Below, piece after piece: positions 25,541-36,803 of a DNA stretch of 64,000 nucleotides. The stretch covers positions 682,001 to 746,000 of the forward strand of contig MU056029.1 in the NCBI GenBank assembly GCA_013239625.1. Reading direction: 5' to 3'. The DNA comes from Lama guanicoe (lineage: Eukaryota). The translations under genes were made by a program, and so were the position numbers. Position 1 is the stretch's first letter. Each line of letters begins with the position of its first letter. Below the pieces are notes generated by a model. It saw only the letters and a list, made by a program, of their open reading frames with translations. It did not search any database and was not told where the DNA came from.

Positions 25541-26163
25541 ATTAATTAATTAATTAATTTTAAATTGAAGTATAGTCAGTTACAGTGTGTCAATTTCTGC
25601 TGTACAGCACAATGTCTCGGTCATGCATATATATATATGTATATATATATATATAATGTATGTATTTGTTTTCATATTCTTTTTCATTGTAGATTACTAT
25701 AACATATTGAATATAGTTCCCTATGCTATACAGAAAAAAACTGTTTTTTATCTATTTTTATATACCGTGGTTAACATTTGCCAATCACAAACCCCCAAAT
25801 TTATCCCTTCCCATCTCCTTTCCCCTGGTAACCATAAGATTTTTTACTTTGTCTGTGAATCTGTTTCCGTTTTGTAGATGAGTTCATAGTGCCCTTTTTT
25901 TTCTTTTTCTCTTGTTTTAGATTCCACATATGAGTGATATCATATGGTATTTTTCTTTCTCTTTCTGGCTTACTTCACTTAGACTGATGATCTCCAGGTC
26001 CATCCACGTTGCTGCAAATGGCACCCCAATGTTCATAGCAGCACTATGTACAATAGCCAAGACATAGGAGCAACCTAAATGTCCACTAACAGATGACTGG
26101 GTAAAAAAGCGGTGGTATATTTATACAATGGAATACTACTTAGCCATAAAAAAGGACAAAATA
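25541..26163 (-). mobile_element. 5'-inverted (twin-primed) L1 insertion
   Basis: Minus-strand 3' end (to 26022) fused to a plus-strand segment (26020-26163). TSD approximately AAAACCCCAATTA and AAAAACCCAATTA. Confidence 0.9.
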
Positions 26164-26202
26164 AAAACCCAATTATTTATGATGGGTAGTAAGCATGTCT
26201 GC

Positions 26203-26204
<2 letters not shown>

Positions 26205-26233
<29 letters not shown>

Positions 26234-26281
26234 CTGTGTTATAATAAGTGTGTGTTTGTGAGAGACAGAGAGAGAGAGAGA
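26205..26281. repeat. Compound (TG)n/(GA)n microsatellite
   Basis: Direct reading. Confidence 0.9.
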
Positions 26282-26464
26282 CACTATCTCTATACCTTCC
26301 CAGGCTGCCCACTATTCAAATAAAGGGCAATCAATGCCTTGCCCACAAGATATGAAGAAACAAAAGAAACCTATGGAGAACTGTCACTAAACAAAATCCG
26401 CCCATCCTTTTTATACCATCATGAATTTTTGCAAAGTTTCCCTTGAGCACATCAGTCTGTCAGT

Positions 26465-26869
26465 CACTGTGATTAATCTGACTGATGGGGGTTATGACCA
26501 GATCTGTTCAGTCTGTCTCAGATAGCATCTAATTAAGGTCACTACCAACCAGACTCCAAGTAACAGGCTGAAGCTAACCTTCAGTATTAATCTTAGCCCC
26601 CCCACAACAGGATCCTAGGGTTAAGAGTTGAACAAATCCCTTAAATGATCAGGGATACCTTAGAAAGCCAGGTGGTCTTCTCCTTCAGTTTCTTTGTTAA
26701 ACTCTCTGCTCAGCAGAAGCATTAGTTCAGGTGGAGCACGATGTATCTGCCATTGCACAGCCTGTCCACACTGGCCCTACAAGGAGGAAGTGTGGGGGGA
26801 AGTTCTATTGTCCGTAACACCCATGGCCAGTGAGTTGAAGCTGAGCCCAATGCCTTCCAGAGCCCAAGT
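26465..26869 (-). pseudogene. env: Degenerate ERV env transmembrane (TM) subunit remnant
   Basis: Manual minus-strand translation across frameshifts: ALEGIGLSFNSLAMGVTDNRT / HFLLVG...CAMADTSCST*TNAS / ESLTKKLKEKTTWLSKV / DHLRDLF...LRLILKVSFSLLLGVWLVVTLIRCYLRQ. This gives heptad plus ISU-like domain, a decayed CX6CC and a membrane anchor, directly upstream of PPT and LTR. Confidence 0.85.
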
Positions 26870-28417
26870 GCCTCACACCTTGAGTCCTGGGGAATTGCCC
26901 TCCAACACCATATAGAATCCCACTGTTTTGGTAGAGCTTTCAAAAGTAAAAATGCTGATATTTGAAAACACCAGCCTCAACTAACTGTGAAACTTCTACC
27001 ACCTCTTCCAAGAGCCGTGTCTACTGCCCAGATCTGCATGGCTGGCAACATGATGCCAGCCCAACTCTTCCTTTCAGTGAAAAATTATAATGTCATCTCA
27101 TGGATGGCATTTTAATTGAAAGCAAGAGTTATAAAACTCTTCAAATCAACTCCTTATGCAGCTACCAAAGAAGATGGCTCAAACATGATGATAATTGAAT
27201 GGAAAGAAAAAATCTTACATCAGTGGCTATTTCTGCCTGTCACAACCTTACTTCATAGCAGGTATGTTTCTCAACTTCAGAAATACTAAAACATAAAAAT
27301 AAAAATGTGTATCCTAGAATTGGAGGAAAAGTAGAATGTGAGACTTTTAGAAGCCTGGTGTTGAAGAAAACAGTAGGAACTTAAGACTTCAAAAATGAAA
27401 GGGAATTGAAATCGTCTCAATCAAAATAAAAAATTAATAAAAAATAATCTCAACCAAATATACTTGACACCACTTTCTCTGCTTTTCACAACTCTCCTCA
27501 TGAGCACCTTTATAGACAAAGTAGCACATCACATCATTTCAAATAACTGCATGCCATTTTAGGTTTTGAAAAAATTAGAAATCATTTAAAATTGAAGGCA
27601 GTTGGAGATTTTCTGGGTCTACACGTGAGTGTTCAGTACCAGTCACGGCAACCTCGATTTCCTCCTATAGGGTTTTGCCAGAGAAATAAATCTGTGACTA
27701 GCAAGAGGATTCTGTTCTCCACCAACATAAAAGCACTATATTAAGAAGAAAAGTGTCTCTCATGCACTCATAATCCATGAATACATGCAAATGGCATTCT
27801 TTTTTTAAAGTGAGACAGATAAAATTCATAATGACTAGAGAGATATTTATGTCACTATTCAAATATCATACTTCCATAATACAACATGCTTTCTGTGTAC
27901 CAATTACATATAAAAGATAAAAGGACAGCCTGATATCAAAACCATATAGGTATTTGTTTTATTATATGTAAACATATAGATTATAAAACTGGAACACTAA
28001 GTATCTTTCCTCCTTAGAAATAATAAATTTCATTTTTACAACAATGAAATTTAACTGCAGTTGGCATTTTTTAAAGCCAATACTCTGTTTCATCAGAGGC
28101 AGCTATAATTAATCTATCCATATTGGATGTTGCCATACCCAAAGTAGTTCCAACAAGCACATACTGTTTGGGGGAAAAAGAGAAGAAAAATGATACAACT
28201 TTACATATGAATGCTAAAACTTAATTTTTGATTCTTAATTTTTTTCCTCTGAAATGTTGATAAAATATTTTATGAATTGTCTTTAAATAGAAATTACAAA
28301 ATTCAGAATGTGTAGGCGGAAAAAGTTGTCCCCTAAAAGACATCCAGATGCTAATCCCCCAGTTCCTGGAATCTGTATGCACTGACTTATAAGGACAGAA
28401 AAAAGAGAGAGTCTTTG

Positions 28418-28934
28418 TGTTACTGAGCCCAAACTCATTCTGCTTTCCACAAGACAGGCCAATAAATCAGGAGATGAGATGTTGGGGCAAGGAATAACAA
28501 CTTTATTCAGAAAGCCAGCAGACCAAGATGATGGTGGACTGTTGTCCCAAAGAATCATTTCACCCAAGTTAGAATTCAGGCTCCTTTTATGCTAAAAGGA
28601 GAGGAGGTGAGGTTGGTTGTTGCAAACTTCTTGGTGTTAGAATCCTTTGTTCTTGCAGCTGTCCACAGTGGGTCAGGTCATTATGTCCTGTAAACCTCCA
28701 ACAAGGCAAATATTATTCTCTGTTCTGCAACTTTTTATCTCTCTATGAGTGGAAAAGTGTTACACCCTTAAAGGTCAGAGCCTTGAGAATGGGCTCCCCT
28801 GTATATTTCAGGCTCTAGGCAACATTCCTTCACAAGAGGTGCAGAACCAGCTTGATTAAGCACAGGAAGCAGCACAGGGCTAGAGTGGAAGGAACAGATC
28901 AAATATGGAGTCAGATCTGTTCTTCTCTGTTACA
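28418..28934 (-). mobile_element. ERV1-like solo LTR, family A copy 2
   Basis: TGTTACTGAG...CTGTTACA termini; colinear with 34698-35192. Confidence 0.9.
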
Positions 28935-29195
28935 GGACCCAAGACTCTGCATTTCTAACATGCTTCCAGGTGATGCTGCTTCTGCTGGTCGGCTTTTAAG
29001 AAGGCCTTAGTGGTGGATCAAAATCCACTTCTGCATCAATGGAAGTTTTTTTCTAAAAATGTAAAGATACAAAACTCTAGCCCAAATTAGAGTGCTTATT
29101 ATTTTATGAAGTGTGGGCATCATGCCTTTACCAATATCTTTCATTGTTGTTTCTTTCTCTTATCTATTTTTTTCCTTCCTTTTAAAGTAGCATCA

Positions 29196-29345
29196 CTTTA
29201 TTTTATTTATTTTTTGTGGAAGGAGGTAATTAGGTTTATTTATTTATTTGTTTATTTATTTATTTTTTAGTGGAGGGACTGAGGATTGAACCCTGGACCT
29301 CATGCATGCTAAGCACATGCTCTACCACTGAGCTATACACGCCCT
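29196..29345 (-). mobile_element. Vic-1-like camelid tRNA-derived SINE
   Basis: Reverse complement reads TATAGCTCAGTGGTAGAGCATGTGCTTAGCATGCATGAGGTCCAGGGTTCAATCC (A and B boxes), then (AAAT)n and AAACCTAATTACCTCC tail. Confidence 0.9.
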
Positions 29346-29640
29346 CATTTTTCTTTTATCTATTGAGCTGTTCCACTCAACGTAAGGCTTTTCTTTTTAT
29401 TTGCTTTGGTCAGATGTTTATCTGTATTTTTACCATGTGTGCTCAACTTTGACATTTTTGGTGACTGATTGAAATGAAAGAATGGATGTTATGGCTAACA
29501 TGGTCAGTAGCCTCTGATGTTTATTGATATGATATATGAGAAGCATTCCAAGAGTTTCTTCCCTAATACCAGGTATATTACAAGTAAGGCCTAGCAATAT
29601 ATACATATTTTGAAACATCATAAAAATATTTCCATTTGCA

Positions 29641-30090
29641 TGTCATTTGCAGCAACATGGATGGACCTGGAGTTCATCATTCTAAGTAAGCCAGAAAGAG
29701 AAAGAAAAAAATGCTATGTAATATCACTATATGTAGAATCTAAAAGAAAAAAGAGAGAAAGAGGACACTAATGTGCTCAACTATAAAACAGAAACAGAAT
29801 CACAGGCAGAGTAAACAACCTTATGTTTACCGGGGGAAAGGGGGTGAGAAGGGATAAATTTGGGTGTTTGAGATTTGCAAAGGCTAACCACTATATATAA
29901 AAATAGATAAAAAACCAAATTTCTTCTATATAGCACAGGAAACTATATTCAATATCTTATAATAACCTTTAATGAAAAAGAATATGAAAAGGAATATATG
30001 TCAATATATGTATGACTGGGACATGATGCTGTACACCAGAAATTGACACATTGGAACTGACCTTGCTTCAATAAAAATAAAATAAAATAT
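29641..30090 (+). mobile_element. Lineage-specific L1 3' end
   Basis: TGTCATTTGCAGCAACATGGATGGACCTGGAG...CACCAGAAATTGACAC...(AAAAT)n tail. Confidence 0.9.
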
Positions 30091-30611
30091 AAACTCACTT
30101 GTATAAGAATCCATGACCTGCCTCTTAGAGGAAAAAACACCATTCCATTTGTATTTCAATTCACAACGTGGTAATTGGATATTTGATCTTAATTGAACTG
30201 GTTAAGCAGAATTGGATTTGAATCCCAAGTAATTTTAATCTCTCAGGTAAGTGCACTCCACTCAGGAGGGCATTTTAGCTGATGTATCTGTGGAGCTCTT
30301 ACATCGTCTTTCTTGAATAACAATGTGTGTTGCAAGAAGATAGGCTTAAGTGGCCTTGAGCCCTGGGGGCATTCAGAGGCCACTCGCAGGCCATCCAACT
30401 CCAAGATCCCCTAAGTGCTCTGCCCCGTCCTTCAAGGGTAAACAGAGCCCCTTCTTGCTGCCCTGCTCCCTGGAAGAAGTGGCACACATGTGGGCCATCC
30501 TGGCCGGGTTAGTGGGCTCCGTGGAAGACACAGGCAGGTCACCAGGTATCTGGTGACAGCTCCTCCTTAAAATATAGGGACCCCAGAAGTCTCTAGTCTG
30601 CCTTGTCCTTG

Positions 30612-30843
30612 TCTTATTGAAGTACAGTTGCTATGGTGTTAATTTCTGGTGTACAACATAGTGATTCCATTGTACATATTCCTTTTCAGATTCTTTTCCA
30701 TTACAGGCTATTACAAGATATTGAATCTAGTTCCCTGTGCTGTACAGTAGGGCCTTGTTGTTTATCTGTTTTATACATAGTAGTTTGTATCTGCTAATCC
30801 CGAGCTCTCAATTCGTCCCTCCCCACCACCTGACCTCTGGAAA
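30612..30843 (-). mobile_element. Short L1 3' end with TSD
   Basis: TATTGAAGTACAGTTG...CCCTCCCCACC. TSD CTAGTCTGCCTTGTC (30593-30607) and CTAGCCTGCCTTGTC (30844-30858). Confidence 0.85.
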
Positions 30844-31291
30844 CTAGCCTGCCTTGTCTTGACATCAAGTGTATCCTTTGCCAGGAAGCAGCCTCTGTCC
30901 TCACCTGTTCATCCATGATTTACCACTTATGCTGGCAGCAGGCAGGCCCTGCAGGACTTTACTCCTGCCAGGTACATAGAGGAGAACAGTGCAAATGAAC
31001 AGGCGTGGGCAGCTGGGGGTGAGGCAGCAGCTTCCTCAAATCAGAGGCTTTCCTTATTTCTGGCCCTGCACCTACCTCCCGCTTTTCTAGTCCTGCCTCC
31101 TCAGGTCCTGTAATAACTTTGCTCCCTGCCTGTGAGCGGGGTTGATGTTCAGGCTGTAAGAAAGTGCTGAACTGGAAAGAAAAAGGCCCAGAGTTCACTT
31201 CCTGCCCTTCCTTCCAGATAAATCACTTTTGCTTCCCAAGAGTCACACAGTGGGCAGAAAAGGAGCTTAGGAAAGGATGGGACACATGGAC

Positions 31292-31667
31292 ATTTAAGTT
31301 TATAGTCTGCTCTGGCGGCCATAAGAAAGTACCACAGACTAGGTGACTTAAAAAACAAACATTTCCTTTCTCATGGTTCTGGAGGTTGTGGGTGTAAAAT
31401 CAAGGGGCCAGCAGACTGCGTTCGTGGTGAGAACCTCTTCCTGACTCGCAGTGGCTGCCCTCTCCCTGGGTTCCCACCTGGTGGAGAGAGAGAGCTCCCC
31501 GGTGTCTCTTACTGTAAGGGCACTAAACCCATCAGATCAGGGCCCCACCTTTATGGCCTGATTTAACTTGAATTACATACTCCTGCACCCCAGCTCCACA
31601 TACAGTCACGTGGGGGTTAGGGCTTCAGAATATGACTTTGGGGGGACACCATTCAGTCCATTACCAG
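31292..31667 (-). mobile_element. MLT1A-like MaLR solo LTR
   Basis: GCCATAAGAAAGTACCACAGACTAGGTGACTTAAA...TGGTTCTGGAGG...GGGGACACCATTCAGTCCAT. Confidence 0.85.
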
Positions 31668-33829
31668 TAATCAACACACAGTCTCAGCCTGTGTTCTTCA
31701 CCATTTACAGATTAAGTTGACCTTCTCTGAAAATGCTGATAGTCAACTCATTTTGATCTTCAAAAATGGCAGTTTCAAGAGTTTGGCTTCATCATCAGGC
31801 TGGTGTTTTCCTCTGTGGCTGATAATCCTTGACCACAGTGGGGCAGTTTCTCTGGAGACCACTGAGAACGCTTTGCTCCTGGTGGGGGCCTTGGGGCAAG
31901 TGTGTGTGTCAGAGGCCAGGCACCCTGGGGATCCGGACTTGCTCAATAAATGTGCACATACCCAGAGAAACGCAGCATTAAATAGCAGATCAAAAATCCC
32001 ATGGCAGGCTGAGAGGCCGTGGAAGAAAGGAAAAGATTTTACCCATATTTGAAAAAAAGCGCCCCATGCTTTTCTTTTGTGCTGGGCCCCTCAGTAGCTC
32101 TGAGGTTGGTCCTAAGTGCAAACGATAAAAGTGTGTCCACCATGGCTCTGGCAGACGGGCTTCTGCATCCTGACTGGAGGCTCAGATTCCTTTCATCTCC
32201 AAGTCTGCCTCTGTCTAGGACTCTGGATTGCATACATTTGGCCCCTAGAAGGGGAAAGAATATGGCAGATGGTGAATTGGAAGGTTTTCAGGTCAGTCTA
32301 GAAGGGATGTCCAGTTTCCCTCACATCCAGCATCTGGAACACATGGCTTCACCTCACGGTCACCAAGATGGGAGCCAGGTGTGCACTTGGCCAAAGAGGG
32401 TAGGAGGGGGGTTCACAGCTTTGCCGCACAACCACCCAGCTTTTAAACTACCCATCTCCGGTCTTCCTCCATTCTGTGCCCTTGTTCTTTACACTTCCTC
32501 CCACTAAAATGTAACTTGGTGAAAATAAGCCTTGTGTGTCATTCTTAGTGTTGCAGCCCCAGGGCTTGAAATGGTGCCCGGAACCTGATGGCCTCATGAG
32601 ATGTTTGTTGACTGGCTGACTAACTGAATGAATGAACAAGTACCACAGCTCACGACCTGCATCCCCTTTTTCTGCTGCCTGTGCAGACCTGACACAAAGC
32701 TGGGTCTGACGTTGGATCCTGTGCGCACATTTACAAGAGTTGACCTCTGTGGTGGCCCAGCCTGACTGCTCCTCAAACCCAGCTTTACTTCCCTAATCTG
32801 CGAGCTCTCAGGTCTTCCCAGCTGACTCCGATCTCTGCTCAGGGACACACGGTGCCTGTGGGAAATGAAGAGAGGCCGATGGTTCCGACGATGCAATTCC
32901 TTTATCCTCTGAAGAGCATTAGTAAGAAAAAAATGCTTAAAGTACAGTGGAGACTAGTTTGTGGGTACATGGTCTGGCTTTATAAAGATTCAGACTTTTA
33001 GAACTTGCTAATAAGGTCCATACACATAAATCTTTATTTATCCATAATATCCCAACTTTGAGGAAAAGGTACAAACCTAGTGATGTGAAATGGACCCTGT
33101 GATAAAAGTTGAAAGTTATCCTGAGCTATTGGGGAAAAAAAAAAGCAGGAATCTTAATGAAGAATCTCAATGAAGACAGCTACTAGGAATGTACCATTTA
33201 TAGGAACAAACAACTCTTACCCAAGAGTCAACAAAGAACTTAGTTTCAGGTTTCCAGCAGTAAAATACATTTCTTGATGGACATTATGAGGTTGAAGGTT
33301 AAGTGCTGGTAGAGAGGAGTCCATTTGATGTGCATGGAGTGTCCTCCCCCAAGAAAATGATGTTTAGGTCACTTTGGGGAGTGGACAAAAACATAGGAAC
33401 TGGGGTAAGTGTTCCTTACCAAGGCAAACAGTGAATGCAGACCAGTGTCCTTTCCCAACATGCTCCAACATCCACACCACTGTGCATGCATGATAAATAA
33501 ACACACAAACATAATAAACACACATCCAGAGTTGTACAGATCTGGTGTGGTTAGGATAACCACATGCCAGGGTGGGTGCACCTCTCAGGACTTCTAGGCT
33601 GCTCCCATCCCTCCACCTCAGATACGCAGTCTCACGCTGACTGTTTCTTATACCACGTCCCCATCCTGACAGGACTCACGCTGGCAGCCGGTGATATTAG
33701 GTGGAGTCGAGTTCATTATTAGTGTGGTGCCTCGGGTCTGTGCTTCTGAAGCAAGTCTATACACTGACTGATGTTTCAAAAGCAAAGTGGAGTTGGGTGA
33801 TTGAAAATCAACCTCTCTACTTTATCCCT

Positions 33830-34680
33830 CAGATAACTTATCAGATGTCCCCCCGTGCCTGACTGCTTTGGTACATATCAAAGTTTCTAAGATCTGTTTC
33901 CTTCTAGCCATAGACACCCCTGAAGTTAGATGTGTCTCTGGGTCTGGTTTTAGCCAAAGAAATATGTGGAACGAGGTGGAAGCACTTTCATTCCAGGTCA
34001 CCACACTCTTTATCCCTTGAAGGCAAACCACGCAGCCTCATTATCAGATTACCGGGCGCTGCGAGTAGATGCAGTCCGGATCAGCCCGGGTCCCTGATGA
34101 GTAGAGCTCTTGCTTCCCCAAGCCCCTCCCCTTCACAACCTCTGTTGGCAATGAGGCGTGAAATAAACCATTCCTACTTAAACCTACTGAGATTTGGGTC
34201 TTGTTTGTTATGCAGAGTTATTGAATCTATCCTGACAAATATAGGCACTGTCACATGGAAGAGGAGTAGAGTTGGAACAAAAACACAAATATGTGACATT
34301 AACATGATTATCAAGTGACAAGCAGTGAAGATGCTGTTTTGTGAGTTTCAAAAGAGGGTTCTCCTTATTATGCAGTGGCAAAGCATTTGTTGAATCTCTA
34401 CCTGTGATAACTTAGGAGGAACTTGTACCTAGTGAGACTAATGAACCTTGTACCTAAAGGAATTTTAGCTCTAGAAGTTAATGCAGGTGACATTAGCAGT
34501 GCTGTTGATGGCTGTCAGCTTTGTTTGGTGAGATAAAAGTGAACTTAGGAAAGAACTGACTATCGTGCGAGCAGAAGTAAAAAGGAATATAAAGCATCCA
34601 GAAACTCAGAGCCTTTTAAGGTGGACAATAATATTCTTGACTCTGAACAGAAAAGATAAGATAAGAAAGTCTTCCTGCTT
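33830..34680 (+). mobile_element. MLT1-like LTR plus start of MaLR internal region
   Basis: GTGAAATAAACCATTCCTACTTAAACCTACTGAGATTTGGGTCTTGTTTGTTATGCAG...CCTGACAAATA LTR end followed by internal-like sequence. Confidence 0.55.
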
Positions 34681-34697
34681 CAAATGCCCACTAAAAC

Positions 34698-35192
34698 TAT
34701 TACAGAGTACAAACTCATTCTACCCACTGTACGATAGGCCAATAAATCAGGAGGCAAGGTGTTGGGGCAAGGAATAATGACTTTATTCAGAAAGCCAGCA
34801 GACTGAGAAGATGGGGGACTAAGGTCTTAGAGAGTCATCTCCCCTGAGGTAGAATTCAGGCTCCTTTTATAGTAAAAGTAGGATGGAGAAATGTCTGGTT
34901 GTTACAAACTTCTTGGTGCAGGAATCCTTTGTTCTTGCAGCTGTCCGTGTAGGTCCGGTCATGATGTTCCCAAAAATTTACAACAAGACAAATGTTATTC
35001 TCTGTTCTGCAACTTTTTATCTCCATATGAATGGAAAACTGTCACACCCTTAAAGGTCAGAGCCTTGAAAATGGGCTCTCCTGTCTATTTCAGGCTTTAG
35101 GAAACATTCTTAACTCCAAGCCAAAGCGGCAGAATACAAAGTTTAAAGTAGACAGATCTAATACGGAGTCAGATTTGTTCTTCCCTATTACA
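34698..35192 (-). mobile_element. ERV1-like solo LTR, family A copy 3
   Basis: AGGCCAATAAATCAGGAG...GGAGTCAGATTTGTTCTTCCCTATTACA; colinear with copy 2. Confidence 0.9.
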
Positions 35193-36639
35193 CAGTGATG
35201 GTGTCGTCTTACTGTCCCTCCCTCCAAAAGGGAGTGTTGGCTGCAGAAATTCTATCCTGGTTCTACCACTTTACAGGGTTTTGAAGGGACAGAAAGCTGA
35301 TTGTTTTAGTTCATTAGTCTCTGGATCAAAAGGCAATGTATTCATACTCTCTGGAGACATTCCTATGCACACTGAAAGTCTGATGATACACTGAAGGAAC
35401 TTTGGGTACTTCCATGAAGAAGGGACGAGTGTCAACTAGTTGTGCATGGAAAAGAGAGTGAATAGAAAGGTGGACTGTGGTCGACATCAGTGGTTGCCGT
35501 CCACCCCTGATGCTCCCCTCTCCCCAGGCACCTCCACCCCCTATGTTGGGGGTAGCCTGGTGGCTTGCTTTGATTAATGAAATGTGTCCTGAAAAGATGC
35601 ATGTCGTCCAAGCAGATGTAGTTAAGAACTGGTGACTTATTTTGTGCACTCTCTCTCCAGACCAGCGTACGCTGAGGTCTGGGTTGAGGCAGCAATGGAA
35701 CCTCTGTCAGCGTGAGTACTCAAGTGACATCAGTGAAATGAGCAGAGACCTCCTGTGAATGACAAAAAAAAATTGTTGTTGTAAGGCATTTGGATTTTGA
35801 GTTGTTTGCAACTGCAGTGTGGCCACCCATCTTGACTAACACATCACTCGTACATTGTAGTATCATAATAAATTGTAAGTGCAGGTACTAAATCCCTAGG
35901 AATACAGCTTAAAATTCAAAATGCCAGAATAAGACATTGACTTCTGTAGGATTTAGTGGTCTGTGACATTCATTTGCTATGGATTCCATAAAATTTTAAT
36001 TTTTAGCTGAGTTGTTCATTATACACCCCATCCTGTTAATTATCATGTAAGTCTCTCAAGGGGATTTTCTACAGTTTGCTTAACAAAAACTTCAATCCCC
36101 AAACCCATAAGCAGTATCTTCATAAGGAAACAGGAATCAGGGGAATTGAATTGCCAAGGAAATCACCAACACTTTCCTACAGAGGCTCTTTCAAGTAGAG
36201 ATAGAAACAAAACAAGCATTCGAAAATGACATTAATAGAGCTGAAAGGGGAAATTCCTCCACTGTATCCATAGTGTTGTCACATATCTAGGTTGTTGGCC
36301 ATATGGGTCATGCTATAAATAATGTCACATGCAACTTCCTGCAAGCGTCTGCGTTTTCCGAGGGACGAGAGAGCGCTTATTCTCCTGTGTGTCTGCATCT
36401 GCAGAGTACGTACTTCATACATCTCAGGCTGCCCGTCCTGCAGCAGACACTTAACACATATCATCACTTCTCCTTCCCACGACCTAGTGAGGTAGGAATT
36501 GACATCCCCACATCGTAAACACAGAAGCTGGGCTCTAGGGAGCTGGGGCTCTTGTCTAGATTTCCTCCTTAATAAAGTGATAGAGCCAAGATTCTTACTC
36601 AGGCATGTCTCACTTTTAAAGCTCATCATTTATCTGTTC

Positions 36640-36803
36640 ATTCATTTATTTTTAATTCTGTTTTGTTTTTTTTTTTTGGTGGGAGGGAGGTAGTTAGGTT
36701 TATTTACTCATTTATTCATTTATTTTTAATGGTGGTACTGGGGCTTGAACCCAGACCTCATGCATGCTAAGTATGTGCTCTACCCCTGAGCTATACCCTC
36801 CCC
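36640..36803 (-). mobile_element. Vic-1-like camelid tRNA-derived SINE
   Basis: Reverse complement reads GGGGAGGGTATAGCTCAGGGGTAGAGCACATACTTAGCATGCATGAGGTCTGGGTTCAAGCCCCAGTACC plus an A-rich tail. Confidence 0.9.

Larger units (their letters stand above)
25261..26393 (-). mobile_element. 3' LTR of an old ERV (class III, MER54/MER74/LTR53-like), interrupted by an L1 and a microsatellite
   Basis: GAGAACTGTGAAGATCTGAG...TTCATGGATGCTGGCAGAAGGCACAAGACTCCTGGG motif. The right end AACA abuts a minus-strand polypurine tract and the env remnant. Confidence 0.65.

Noticed and set aside
29270..29345. Functional tRNA gene (also 36730-36803)
   Set aside because: A and B boxes belong to Vic-1-like SINE heads followed by the SINE tail; no proper acceptor stem.
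28418..35192. Two same-orientation LTRs 5.8 kb apart as one provirus
   Set aside because: The interval holds SINE, L1, MLT1 and MER5-like pieces and unique DNA, with no PBS, gag, pol or env, and the outer flanks share no TSD.
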